From NCBI GenBank assembly GCA_013239625.1, contig MU053810.1, positions 5,924,122 to 5,988,121 of the forward strand: a DNA stretch of 64,000 bases. Reading direction: 5' to 3'. A program made the translations under genes and the position numbers. Every line of letters begins with the position of its first letter. Positions within the stretch are counted from its first letter, which is position 1. This DNA comes from Lama guanicoe. Taxonomy: Eukaryota. The notes beneath the pieces are model-generated. The model made no database searches. It saw nothing but the letters and a program-made list of their open reading frames with translations, and was not told where the DNA came from. This document shows, piece by piece, positions 27,137-39,050 of this stretch.

Positions 27137-27917
27137 TGAAGAATGACTGCTTTTATAGAGTTTTTTAAAATGTTATCATAGAAAATATTGTTTTTCTAAA
27201 AAATTTCAATTTATATTCTGCCTCCCATATGCAGGGAAGAAATGGGGGTGGGATGATTCATCCATGAGCAAAGAACTGAGATGTTTGGCAGTGAATTGTC
27301 CTAATGAGTCAGTCATTCATCCAAGAAACATTTAAATTACCACAGTTACTGTATTCAAAAAGCACTGTTAGAATAGGGGATGAGGAAAGAGTGGGGGAAG
27401 GATATAAAACCACCAAACATAAATTCAGCTGTCAAAACCAGCCTAGTCCTCATCAGAAAGAGTTGTCAAAGAGATTAAAAAAAAAAATTCATGCACTTTT
27501 AATGGTTTTCCAAATGTTAGCTTCCAATACCGAATCTTAATGGAATTTGAAAAGTATTTCCACTCAAAATTTCAGCCCAACGTATTAAAGTCAATGTGAA
27601 GAACAGATTTATTTGTTTCAAATTATTCAATTTTCTTCAATTTTAATGTCTCAAACAGAGACTAGCATAAGGAGTTCACCTTCTGCCTCCCATCCCACCT
27701 CTCCCAGAATATTTATAAATGTAAATACATTAAAAAGTTATAGTATTAAATATTTTTGAATATTCAGGAATTTTATATTTTTTAATTCACAAAAAAAGAA
27801 AGACATTTTAGAGCTATGCTTTCAAAGTGGTATACATCTGCTATTAACAGAAGTTATGCGCTGAAATCTGATATACCACTTTGAAAACTTACCAATTAAA
27901 AAAACGTCATTTTTTAC

Positions 27918-28024
27918 CTCTTCTTGTCCAAATTGCTCCATGGAATCACAGTAAACTTCACTGTCTGAATCACTCGTCAAATGTTGAATTCCTGAAACAT
28001 CTTCAACATGATCATCATTTATAT
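27918..28024 (-). CDS. ACBD5: ACBD5 exon with the FFAT-like VAP-binding motif
   Basis: tttag|ATATAA...GAAGAG|gtaaaa; DINDDHVEDVSGIQHLTSDSDSEVYCDSMEQFGQEE. Confidence 0.96.
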
Positions 28025-28589
28025 CTAAATATAAACAAATGCCCACGTAGAATAATTAATTTCTCTGATTGAAGAAAAATGCATTTATTCATCTTCAAAA
28101 CTGATCAGTTCTCTATTATTTTCATACTGGGAGACAAATTTGATTTACCAAGCCATACTTAATTCTTTTAACTTACAAAAAGTTTAAATTCAGTCATTTT
28201 TATTAAAAAGGTTACAAAGTATTTTATCATGAATTATACAAAGACACTGTGCAGACCAAACTTGTAAAAACCTGGCAATTTTATAAGAAAAACCTGACTA
28301 CCAGCTAGGACGCAAAATTTGGGACACAACTTTGCAAGTTTGATTGTTTTATTAGTTCTTTTTTTCTTTTTTCTTTTTTCTTTTTTAACTTCACACCTCT
28401 CGGTTTTATTAGAAAATGTTTGCTGGGCTCCACTGTGTGCTGGGCATTGAATGGGTGTGGGCGCCAGGCTGGGGTCCTCCAGCCCTGGCCTCTTTGAGAT
28501 GACTCCATCCTCCACTCCCACCCCAGACTGAAATATAAGATTTCAAGGTGAGATTCCAGGCCAGGCCAACAAGGCTTTTTCGCCTTTCG

Positions 28590-29240
28590 GGTGGTAATTA
28601 CGAAAAGGGCAACATCAGAAAGCGAGCTCTGGAGGTCTGCAGTCAGATGCAGTAGAGGCCGCATCCGCGGCCCCGCTCGGCCTTTGGCAAGGCACCGCCC
28701 TAAGGGAAGGAAAAGAACCTTCCAAGCTATACTTAAATCAGCTTTCCCGCACGACCGCCGCACCTCTTCCCGCCAGCACTACTGCTGGTCCAGAGGCCAC
28801 AAGGCAGCCTAGAAACCGCACAGCAAGTTGCTGCGACTTGACGTGTGCGCGGCGACCCACCGGGAGGCAGGTGCGGCAGCGGGAAGGCAGGGCCGGGCCG
28901 AGGACGCCTGGCCGGGGCTCGGCTCCGCCTGCTGGAAGGAGCGGCCGGGCAGGTGCGCACAGGAGTGCTCGGTAACGTTCACCGCTGACACGGGCTCAGT
29001 ACACGTTCGGCAGCGGCCGGAGCTCCCCGCTGCCTACGGACCCGTCGGGGTCTACGTGGACAGCGTCCCTAGTTCCTCAGCCCGGGGGCGGTGCTGTACC
29101 CCTCTCCCCACCCTGGGACTCGAGGACCAGGCATCCTGGGGCAGGGGAGAGGCGGGGAGGGGTGGGGCCGGGCCGGGAAGGCGGGGGCAGGGACGCAGTG
29201 GGGGGTCCTCCGCCCCCGCCTGCTGCAGGCCTCACCTCCA
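28590..29240. promoter_or_regulatory. Intragenic CpG-rich block in an ACBD5 intron (function unknown)
   Basis: About 650 bp of very GC- and CpG-rich sequence inside an otherwise AT-rich 1.7-kb intron; not part of the ACBD5 CDS and not a repeat I recognise. Confidence 0.6.
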
Positions 29241-29720
29241 GAAATAGTATTTCTAGGTTTCTCCTGTGACTCGCAGCGATGTTAACAACCCACTGTATCC
29301 ATCCTCTAGGCTCACCTCTAAGAGCTCTAACTTATGAAAAGCCTGTAACTTACCTCGCTGACCAGAGAATAAATGTACAGTAACATTAGAAGTCTGAGTT
29401 AAAAGACACATCAGTAATACAAGTAAAAATTTGAGAGATTTCATTTTAAAATGCCATCCAAAAATACAATAAATTGTCTCAAGAAAAATACAAAAGGCCT
29501 GGCCCTAATTCAGTCTTTCAAATCTATAAACTCTTACAATATTAGTAAACCCTAAGATCTTACTGAATAAGAGGTTTTTTAAAAATTCTAAACTGTTCTG
29601 AAATATCCTAAAATTATTAAAAGAATATTATATTTAGGATATTAAAAAATCCTAAAACTATTAAAAGAATATTTAATTCATAGGAAAGAAGCCGGGGAAA
29701 CAATTTTGATGGGACAATAC

Positions 29721-29924
29721 CTTGTTGAATGCAGACAGCAGTCTGCCCAGTTTGCTCCAAGTTTTGATCTACATGTTTTACTTCCTCAGCGTCTTTGCCG
29801 TCCTGGGAGGAGCTGGCAGGAATGTCCTTCTGTACCCCCTGAACAATGCTGTCTTTATCATAGCCATTAGTGACAACGATTTCCAAATTCTTGTGGTCTG
29901 CAGATTTCTTCATGATTTCCTTAT
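29721..29924 (-). CDS. ACBD5: ACBD5 internal exon (204 nt)
   Basis: tacaag|ATAAGG...CAACAAG|gtattg; DKEIMKKSADHKNLEIVVTNGYDKD...TAVCIQQ, phase 1-1. Confidence 0.92.
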
Positions 29925-30860
29925 CTTGTATGTGAAAATGGAGAGATTCATAAAAGTTCACTGTAGGAAAACTTCTGTACACAATGTTCTAATTTCAATT
30001 AGTCACTTCCCCAATCTAACATAATCCCTTTGAAGGGTTTCTTACTTGGATCAGAGAGATGCGGTACTCTTTGAAAAGAAGTTAATTATATGCTGAGAGC
30101 TCACCCAAACTGTGTGCTTTAGGAAAAAAAAAAACCCAAAACAACAAAAAAACAAACAAAAAACTGCTTTAGTTCCCTGTGAATCTTCTAGAACCCCTTT
30201 TAAAGGATAATCTCTCAAGGTGTTTTCACTGTCAGGCATAGGCCAATGGCTCTATGAGACCCTGCCACACAGAGAGGTCTACATGGCCAATACCAAGAGC
30301 CTTCGTAGAAGGTATTATTTGTGAGACTTTACTGGAAAGTGAAGGCAAAACTAAGTTGTATGGCTTGTTTTAGTGTCTCTCTGCCTCCTCTTTCTAAAAT
30401 AATCACCCCAAGAATCACTGGTACTCTTACTCACAAGGCCACCCTAATTCCAATGTTCCCTCTTTATCAGAATTTCTGCCTATATCCTATTCTCTGGAAT
30501 CCATTCTGTTCTTGACAAGATACTGAGAGTTTAACTGTGTCTCTTCTCCTTGGTAGCATATGCATAGTCATACTAGAAACCATACCTTAAATGAATACAT
30601 GTCTAATGCACCATTTCCGGCATCACGATCAGAGGAGTGGCCTCTTTCTGTTAGCCTTCAATGAACATCTATCCATCTATGCACAAGGCTGGCTATCCCT
30701 GAACTCTGTAGTTAGAGCCTCTTACAACACAATAAACCTAGTGAACAGCCCACATCCCACTGTGTGGACTAATCACACACGGTGCCAAATCAGTGCAAAC
30801 CTCTCCATGGCCTCTCATCTTAGTTAATGTAAAATTATTAGCCCGTCATCCGAAGGTTAC

Positions 30861-30995
30861 CATTATCACATTGCTCTGCTCCTTTTACTTCTTCTTGGGC
30901 CTCTTCTTCCTCAGACTCAGCTCCACTATCACTGCTTTCAGCTTTACCATTAACAGTTTTGGCATTTGGAGTAGAAGTCAGAGCATTACCAAGAT
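30861..30995 (-). CDS. ACBD5: ACBD5 internal exon (135 nt)
   Basis: ttttag|ATCTTG...GATAATG|gtaacc; DLGNALTSTPNAKTVNGKAESSDSGAESEEEEAQEEVKGAEQCDN. Confidence 0.94.
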
Positions 30996-31584
30996 CTAAA
31001 ATACGAAATGACCACTTAATCTTTAATGCTGTAATATACAGTGATGTTGATATTTACAAACAATTCTGTAATCACACATAACTAATAAAATAATCTTGAA
31101 GGAAAAAGTTAGAATTTTGATATATAATTAATAATATTATTTTCTTTGACTGTAAATATACATACACTACATAAATGCCTCCAGTTAGCTACAACAAAAT
31201 GATAAAGCTATCTTAAATCCTTTCCGAACAAGGCAGAGGATAAATTATTTTTAAGGTAACATCGACCAAAATGTAAAGTTAGAGATGATCTTCTTTATAT
31301 GCAGTAAATGAAGAGACAGGTGCTATATGCTAGCATGCTGAAAACATAAATATCTTTGACCCTAAAAACAATCTTATCAATATTATAGTTGGATTACACT
31401 TAAAAGTTTTTACCCTTTTATTGCCTTTAGGGCTTCAGGTGCATAACTTCCATTATTATCTCTTTACATTTAAGCTTTTTTTTTTTTTACTTTTAAAAAG
31501 CATCATTAATGTGGTCAATCACGTAAAAAGGCAAAACGTCCTATTACCTAAACTCATAAACTCATCTTGAGAGTAAATACATTG

Positions 31585-31745
31585 GAACTCCTCAAACATT
31601 AATATGGATAGGAATCACCAGGGATCTAGCTAAAACGCAGATTGTGATTCAGCAAGCCTGGGGCAATCTAAGATTGTGGTTTCCCATAAGGCTCCCTCCC
31701 ATGTGATGCCAATGCTGTTGATTACTGGACCACATTTTGAGATAC
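31585..31745. mobile_element. MER5-like hAT fossil
   Basis: ctcctcaaac...gaatcaccaggg...tgatgccaatgctgttg...ggaccacattttgag. Confidence 0.5.
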
Positions 31746-32259
31746 AGAGAATTATATTTCCATTAACTCTTTGAGATACTGAAAGCATCCATAAGTAGCT
31801 TTTGGCTAAAAACAATTGTCTTCCCCCACAAGCTTCTGGGCCTTAATTTTCAATTATATAAGTCTATTTTGGGAATCTCCATTCATCTTAAACAGTCAGG
31901 CCTATATTCTTAAGTCTCCCTAAATAACGGAACTAATGAGTAAAAATTCAGCTCTCTCGTAGGCATTGTGCTCTATCTGAGAACCATGATGGCAGCACAC
32001 CTTCTCAATCTCCCTTACTCTCCCTCAACAACCAGAAAAGGCAAGAATAACAACTGACGAAAAAATAAAAATAAAAAACAGAAACACCCACCACCCAGAC
32101 ACCTTCAACAAAACAAAGCGACAGGGAAACCCCTCAAATCCCCATCAAATGGATGGTTGTAGCAAGACTACATGACAGCAACAAAAGTAGCATCATAGCA
32201 GCTCTGTGATGAGAGTTGCAGAAAGCACTCAGAATTACTAATAAGCCCTACTCAGCATC

Positions 32260-33120
32260 CAAACATCCATGTGGTTCACCATGTTAACAGACTAAAGGAC
32301 AAAAGCCACATGACTATCATAACAGATGCAGAAAAAGCACTTGACATACATAACCCAACACTTTCACAAATACAATGCTGAAGGAACTGAGAATGCAAGA
32401 GAATTTCCACAATCTGATAAAGCGCATCTTTAAAAACTCACAACTACAATCATACTTAATGTTAACAGACTGAATGTTTTGTTCCTAAAACAGGGAACAA
32501 GACAAAGATGTCTGCTTTTGCCCACTCTATTTAATATTGTACTGGAAGTTCTAACTAGGGCAATCACGCAAGAAAAATAAATAAAAGGTAATCAGTCTAG
32601 AAAGGAAGTAAAATGATCCCTGCAGATGGCATGCTATTATTGTACATAGAAAATCCTCAGTAATCCACAAAAAAAAAACATTTATTAGAACTAATAAATG
32701 GTTCAGCAGGGTTGTAACCTACAAGATCAATATATAAAAATCAATTGTTTTTCTATAAGCTACCAATGAACAACCCAAAAATGAAATCAGAAAACAATTC
32801 AATTACAATAGCAGCAAAAAGAATAAAATACCTAGCAATACATTTGACAAAAGAAGGTATAAAAACTAAACACTGCAAATAAAAACACATTGCTGAAAGA
32901 AATGAAAGAAGATCTAAATAAATAAGTGGAAGACAATATCGTTGAGATGACAACACTCCCCCAAATTATCTACAATTCATTGCAACCCCTAACAAAATCC
33001 CAGCTGGCCATCTTTGCAAAAATTGACAAGCTGATTCTGAAATTCAAAGAAACGCAAGGGATCTTGAAAAAGAACAAAATTGGACAGCTCACACTTCCTG
33101 AATTCAAAACTTATTATGTA
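32260..33120 (+). mobile_element. Old L1 ORF2 (reverse transcriptase region) fragment
   Basis: acagatgcagaaaaagca, ggaacaagacaaagatg, atattgtactggaagttcta, aagatcaatatataaaaatcaattg; many stops and frameshifts. Confidence 0.85.
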
Positions 33121-34416
33121 TAAATATTCTGAAAACGCTCATGTGACATAGATACTCTGTTCTACTGGGCCTAAAGGGCTACGTTTAACAAGATTCTTTG
33201 TTTAAAAAAAAACCCCAAGATTGCAAACTGTCTTGCAATTTGGTAATATCTTACAGAATTGGAAACACCCATCGAACGCCTGCATCCTTTAATCCAGAAA
33301 TTACATTTCTAATATAATTTCTTACAGCTATATTTCCACATATATAAAATGACATCTGTACATGGTAACTTTCAGCAACATTGTTTGAAGACCGGAAGAG
33401 GAAACAATCTAAATGTCATTAGAATGGTACAGGCTAAATAAATTACAGTATAAGGCCACATTCTCACAACCCTTAATCTAGATACGATTTGAAATCCAGA
33501 GTTTTCTAATTTTGCAAAAGTCATATACTATACATATTGTATATTATGTAACACCTTCAACAAACTCTAAGGCAGCTGTCACTAAAAAACGTAAATAAAG
33601 ATTTTTGTAGCAAAACATGTAATAGTCAAACAAAATAGGATAAAGACTTAAAATAGCCTCATGTTATTTCAGGTCAAGGTTTGCTTCTCAAGTTCATGTT
33701 AGGATGGGTTCTGGTGCCAAATGAGTTATCGAAAGAGCTTTATCAAGCTTTGTGAATTTTTTAAATTATAGCTAAGGGATTATGGATCTGAGCCTTTATC
33801 ATTTCTCCCTCTTCCTTGTTTTTATAATTAACTGTTTAAACACTTAAACACTTTTAAAAAGGACTCTTATAGGCTCATTTCACTCTGCTTTCTAAAACAA
33901 TTTAAAGAGCAAATTTTTAGAGTTAATACCAGCAAATCTGCAGATTATTCAGCTCCACTAATATGTAAAAGATAAACCTTTCAATTCTTTACTGAGAACA
34001 TGAAAACAGAATTCTGAAAAAAAAAGACCCAGCTAGGTGAATTCACTGATGTCTTGTTTCAGCTAGCTACACTAGAGTTAAACCACACTATAAACATATT
34101 TACTTAAAATTAGCTAGAAAGTCATTTCAGCCATAGCATTGCTAATATAATTCATAAAGCAAACTAGAAAATATGAAATCATAAAAATAAAACCATGAGT
34201 TCTGCTACAGTTTTGCATATAAGTGAATCACTTGTCATGTTTTAATAACCTAAAGGTTAAAAATTAGGGTTTATAATACTTTGGAACTTTATGCAATGTA
34301 TTTGCTTGGAAAGAAAACTCTTGAGTGACAAGCTCATAAGTTATATAAGTTTGTGCAGCGGTCTTTCGGCACATAGACTTTAAAGAAAAGTTTTACATGG
34401 ATTTCATTATTCCTAC

Positions 34417-34449
34417 CTTCTAAGTATTTAGAGATTTTCTCCAGTCGGA
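34417..34449 (-). CDS. ACBD5: ACBD5 33-nt frame-preserving exon (probably a cassette exon)
   Basis: tgccag|TCCGAC...TTAGAAG|gtagga; (V)RLEKISKYLE, resembles the VRLEKISKCLE insert of the long human isoform. Confidence 0.85.
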
Positions 34450-34550
34450 CTGGCATGTGAAAGTAAAAAAAAAATTAGACATATAAATAAATATTAATGC
34501 ATGCATAATGTATCAGTTGCTGAATTAAAAACTAGGTTCAAGAGCCCAAC

Positions 34551-34665
34551 CTGAGGTTAAATCAGAACTTCTGCCACTCTTTTTGTCCTCCACAATTTCA
34601 TAAAATGGACCAATGACATGAAGCAGTTCTTCAACTTTTTCAGTCATGGGCATAGTTTCAAGAAT
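34551..34665 (-). CDS. ACBD5: ACBD5 exon, end of the acyl-CoA-binding domain
   Basis: ttacag|ATTCTT...ACCTCAG|gttggg; ILETMPMTEKVEELLHVIGPFYEIVEDKKSGRSSDLTS. Confidence 0.95.
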
Positions 34666-36503
34666 CTGTAATCAAAAGAAACAGAGCTTGTGAAAAGGAA
34701 CTATGAATGTGATCCACACTAGCACCAAATAATATAATATCTATAATTTATTGGTAACTTTGAGATCTGACGTTCTTTTATAGACTCCTCAAAGTATCCA
34801 TGTTAATTACTTACTTAACACATATACTCTCTTAGAAAAATCTCAAGTATATTAAAGATTTCAAAGTGTTCTCATTTTGAAAACTATTTCACATAAGCTT
34901 TGTGTAAAATTTTACACAACAATCCAAAGATTGTGCATTAAACACTAAAGGTACTAATGTTAAATAAAATAGAAAATTTGAGGGTTAGAGTAAAATTATT
35001 ATGTCTGTGTTTTTAAAAGGGTATTCACATAAAGTAGGAAGTGGTAACCACTCTTAGACACCTTCATGACTATGGGCCGGCCAATTTCGAATCATCACAT
35101 TTAAAGAGCAAAGTAGATTAACTGAAAATGCATTCAAAGAAATGGCCATCAGCTGGTGACTGTCAAAAAAAAAAACACAGTATTTCTAGATATGGAGTAT
35201 TTTGTAGATATTAAAAAGACAAAAATTAGCTGTATGTGTGCTGACTGGAAAAATATAAAATCTGTTTACAGGCAAAAAGCGAACTGCTGCATAGTGTGTT
35301 TAATATGATACCATTATTGGTTTTCTTCCTTTTTTTAAATAATAGGATGTGTATGTCTTTTCTAAGTCTACAAAACACAATTAAAATTACTATTAAAGAG
35401 TTAAAATGGAGGGAATGAAGAAAGATTATAAGAATATTCAAGGTAAAGAAAACAGAATGTTATCAAGCCAAAGCTTTAGATTATCTTTCTCCCTCTGCTT
35501 TTGAAAGGCTCCTTTGTTGTGCTTTTATGTTGTGTCTGTATGTTGTGTTAACATCTAGCTAACAGCCAAAGAACTAAGCTCTGACTTCTGCTATAAAGTC
35601 CAGTAGATAAAAAAAGTGTGAAAAATGTAAAAAAGGGCACAACTTTGAGTAGTGTAGAAGAAAATAAAACAAAACAAAATAAATTAGTCTGAATCTATCA
35701 AAAAAAATTACTACAGAGATTAATACTGTCAAAGCATCTGGCAAAAACTATTTCTTTTTACAGATTTTCTTTACATTCAACTATGTTTAAGGTTATCAAA
35801 CATCTAGATTTCAGAACTTTGGGATCCATCTCCAACATACAGTCCTTTATAGAAAGGCACTAAAATGATATTAAAAATCCATGATTTCTTCATTAACTTG
35901 CTCTTTAAAACAATTCCTTGAACAGGAGAGCTAGTTAATAAAGAATGCCCTCCTTACAAGTTACCAGAGAAACTAGAAGCATCCTTAACTTATTCTGCTT
36001 CTGCAGGATCTTTGCATTCACAGAAAAATGCTTATTACTAAGAAGCTCAGTGGCAGGAACATCTCAATTTATGAGTCAACTCTTGTCTGAGGACACTGTT
36101 GGGCAGTCTTGTCACCTGTTTCTCATAAATAGTTTCAAAGCAGATATGTTTTCAAGACAGCCCAGGTACTTCCCAGACTCCTGAGCACGGGAAATCATTA
36201 TTTTAAAAGATTCCGATTTATGTATTTTCTACAGAAGTCAACTACAGAGAAAGGGAAGATGAAAAAAATTAAAACAAAATACCATGTCACCACAATGTGA
36301 CATCTTAAGGAAAAAACACTTACCTTACGATGAACTTTGATGAGACAGATAAAGCCAAGATAAATTCAGTAATCTAGATTTTATATTCTAATATATTACA
36401 ATCTCCTTGCTCCTTAAAAAAAGCAGCTAGTTTGCCTGATAACAAAACTGAATCAAAGTCGCTCTGAATATTTTTATTTTCTATTATGAATTATTTTCCA
36501 TAC

Positions 36504-36576
36504 CTTTTTCATTTCTTCAACATATGCAATCATGGCTTCCTCTTTGGTCATATCACCCAATGAACTCCAAGCATCC
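36504..36576 (-). CDS. ACBD5: ACBD5 acyl-CoA-binding domain exon
   Basis: ttccag|GGATGC...AAAAAG|gtatgg; (W)DAWSSLGDMTKEEAMIAYVEEMKK. Confidence 0.96.
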
Positions 36577-37026
36577 CTGGAAATGAAAATATCCAAATAA
36601 TAAAAAGACACCTGATTTCAGTTGCTCAGAATATAATTTAGAGTTAATGCTATAGGGTCACTATTTTAAAACTGGCTTTACTTAAAGCTATATCAATATT
36701 TCCAGAAGATTTCTTGAAATGCACCACCTTGAAGAATAGTATCATTGTGAATAAAATGGCAAATTAAACAGTATCTAAAACTAGTCAGTATAAAAACCTA
36801 CCTAAAGACCATAGATTATTGAGACCAGATTACATACACTCTAGACCATGCAGGCTGTTTATAATTATCTGCTAAGAACTCTTTAGAAGTCTTTCTACCA
36901 TTATAAGGAACAGTGACAAAAACGACCATTTTAGAAAACTCTACATGAACGGTCACAGTCATGTTTCAAAGGAACAGAAGTTTTGGTTAATTTAAATAAG
37001 AATCTAACAGACACTTGAACAATGGA

Positions 37027-37140
37027 GGGGGGAGGGTATAGCTCAAGAGGCAGAGCGCATGCTTAGCATGCACAAGGTCCTGGGTTCAATACCCAGTCCC
37101 TCCTCCAAATATAAATGAGTAAGTAAAATCAATTAAAAAA
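37027..37140 (+). mobile_element. tRNA-derived SINE
   Basis: ggggggagggtatagctcaagaggcagagcgcatgcttagcatgcacaaggtcctgggttcaat. Confidence 0.85.
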
Positions 37141-38180
37141 GGAAGAAAGGAAAAGAAAAATGGAAAAGCTTTCTTGCTTCTAAAAACACAAAAATGTGAG
37201 GGACAGGAGAATTTCAAAGCCTTAGATAATGAGAAGACTTCTTTGAAATTTTTGCCTAAAAGGAAAACCTCTCTTTTTTATAGGTATTTTCCAGAGCAGT
37301 TTAACTCCAGCAAAGGTCAATTCTGAGGACAATCATTAAGTAAATAAATAAATTTTCTTCAAACAGATTGAATAACATATTGCTATTCCATTTAACCTAT
37401 TATTTTGTGACTATTCATAAAGATCTTAGAGGAAAGCACAGGATTAAGAAATCCTCAAAGGAGTTTAAGGACTTTCAATATTGGGTAAGGAAACTTAGCC
37501 ATCAAGACACACAGCTTAATTAATTGGTTTCCTTGGCCAATTAGCATACTCTGTTCATGAGGTACATGGCCTACATTAGACAACGTCAGATGTCTTGTTA
37601 GACATCTGTCAAGTCTTCAGTAGTGTGCAGAACATCAAATGTTAGTCAACTGGAAAAATGGCAGAGGTACTGTGTGATTCTTTTAAGTATATTAAAGATC
37701 AAATTTCTACTCGAGTACAGGGGGACAGGAGTGACAGCTTAGATAAAAAGTTAGTCTGGCAGACTTTGAGTCAGGCTCCTAGTTATTTATTATCTCAAAG
37801 TCTCAAAGCAAACAATGTCACCTAACAAGCAAGTCATTATTTTTCCTGGCAGGTAAAAGATGCAGGAGAGTTTGTTTCTTTAACTTAGCAGGAGTTATTC
37901 TTGGCATAAAGAAAAGGCAACACTCCATAAAAGGAAAAAGACTACCTGAAAATGCTTTTTGATCTTTGATACAAATACCCCTTTTGGTTTTATTGTTTCC
38001 CTCTTTTCCCTAAGACCTTCCTTTTTGTATGAAATTGTGTCAAGAGCAGAGAGGATAAAAATGTACCCAGTACCCAGAATACTTTATGCACAAAATAATA
38101 CATAACCACATAAATAACAGTCATATGGTAATTATGTCATTAAACTCAAAATTCTTTCATAGCTCTCTATATAAAGTTAC

Positions 38181-38301
38181 CATTTATATCTTCCAATAGG
38201 ATCCCAGAATGCAGGCCTTGATAGTTTACAGGGTCCTTCAGTTGCCTGCTTATAGAAGCTATAGAACTTGAGCATCATTTCATTTGTCGGCTGGAATGAA
38301 C
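38181..38301 (-). CDS. ACBD5: ACBD5 acyl-CoA-binding domain exon
   Basis: aatag|GTTCAT...TAAATG|gtaact; [40 protein letters not shown] (ACBP signature YKQAT). Confidence 0.96.
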
Positions 38302-38878
38302 CTATTGGAAACATACATTAAGTAAGATCACTTGGAGAATACAATTGATGATCTATTGCTATAAATTAGCTTAGCTATACTAATAGAGATTTTTAATATT
38401 TCATTAACAGTTCAGGTTATTTTACTATTTTACATAAAAAAAAACAAATGGCTCAGTTAGTTTCTTTATTCCTTTGATTTAAAAAAAAACTTTGAGATTT
38501 TACACTTTAGTAACAATATCTAACACAGTTCAACAAATAAAAGAATAAATAAGTAAACATTTGGTAGGTGTAATCAAAATAATGGTGAATGTCAGTAAAA
38601 AACAAATAAAAAGTTAAATGTATATTCTGCCTAATAAAATTGCAACAGTAAGAAATTCAACTTCTCATGGCCAAATTTCCAGTTTCTGAATGGATTAGGA
38701 ACTTTGGCTAAAGCCAACCAGTGTGTACTGTGGTAGAAAAAGAGTTAATCTAAGATAAAATGGATTTCTCATTTTCTACCTCCATGGTTTTTGCACACAT
38801 CAATTTTTTGAGGATTAGTCTTCATATATGTTTCTAGCATATCAATAAACTTTTTTATGTTTAAAAATTTCAGATTGC

Positions 38879-39050
38879 GGGGAGGGTATAGCTCAGTGGT
38901 AGAGTACGTGCTTAGCACGCACAAGGTCCTGGGTTCAATCCCCAGTACCTCCATTAGAAAAATAAATAAATAGACAAACCTGATTACCTCCCCACTACTT
39001 CAAGAAATCTTTTAACAATTTTTTAAATATTTGTGTAAACAAAGAAAAAA
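38879..39050 (+). mobile_element. tRNA-derived SINE
   Basis: ggggagggtatagctcagtggtagagtacgtgcttagc...ggttcaatccccagtacctcc; TSD ttcagattg. Confidence 0.88.

Noticed and set aside
28234..29285. Several overlapping 60-152 aa ORFs in the intronic GC block
   Set aside because: Stop codons are scarce in GC-rich DNA; products are low-complexity Arg/Pro/Gly/Ala with no recognisable domain
38879..38952. tRNA-like sequence with A and B boxes
   Set aside because: Head of a tRNA-derived SINE with tail and TSD, repeated about 16 times in the window; not a tRNA gene
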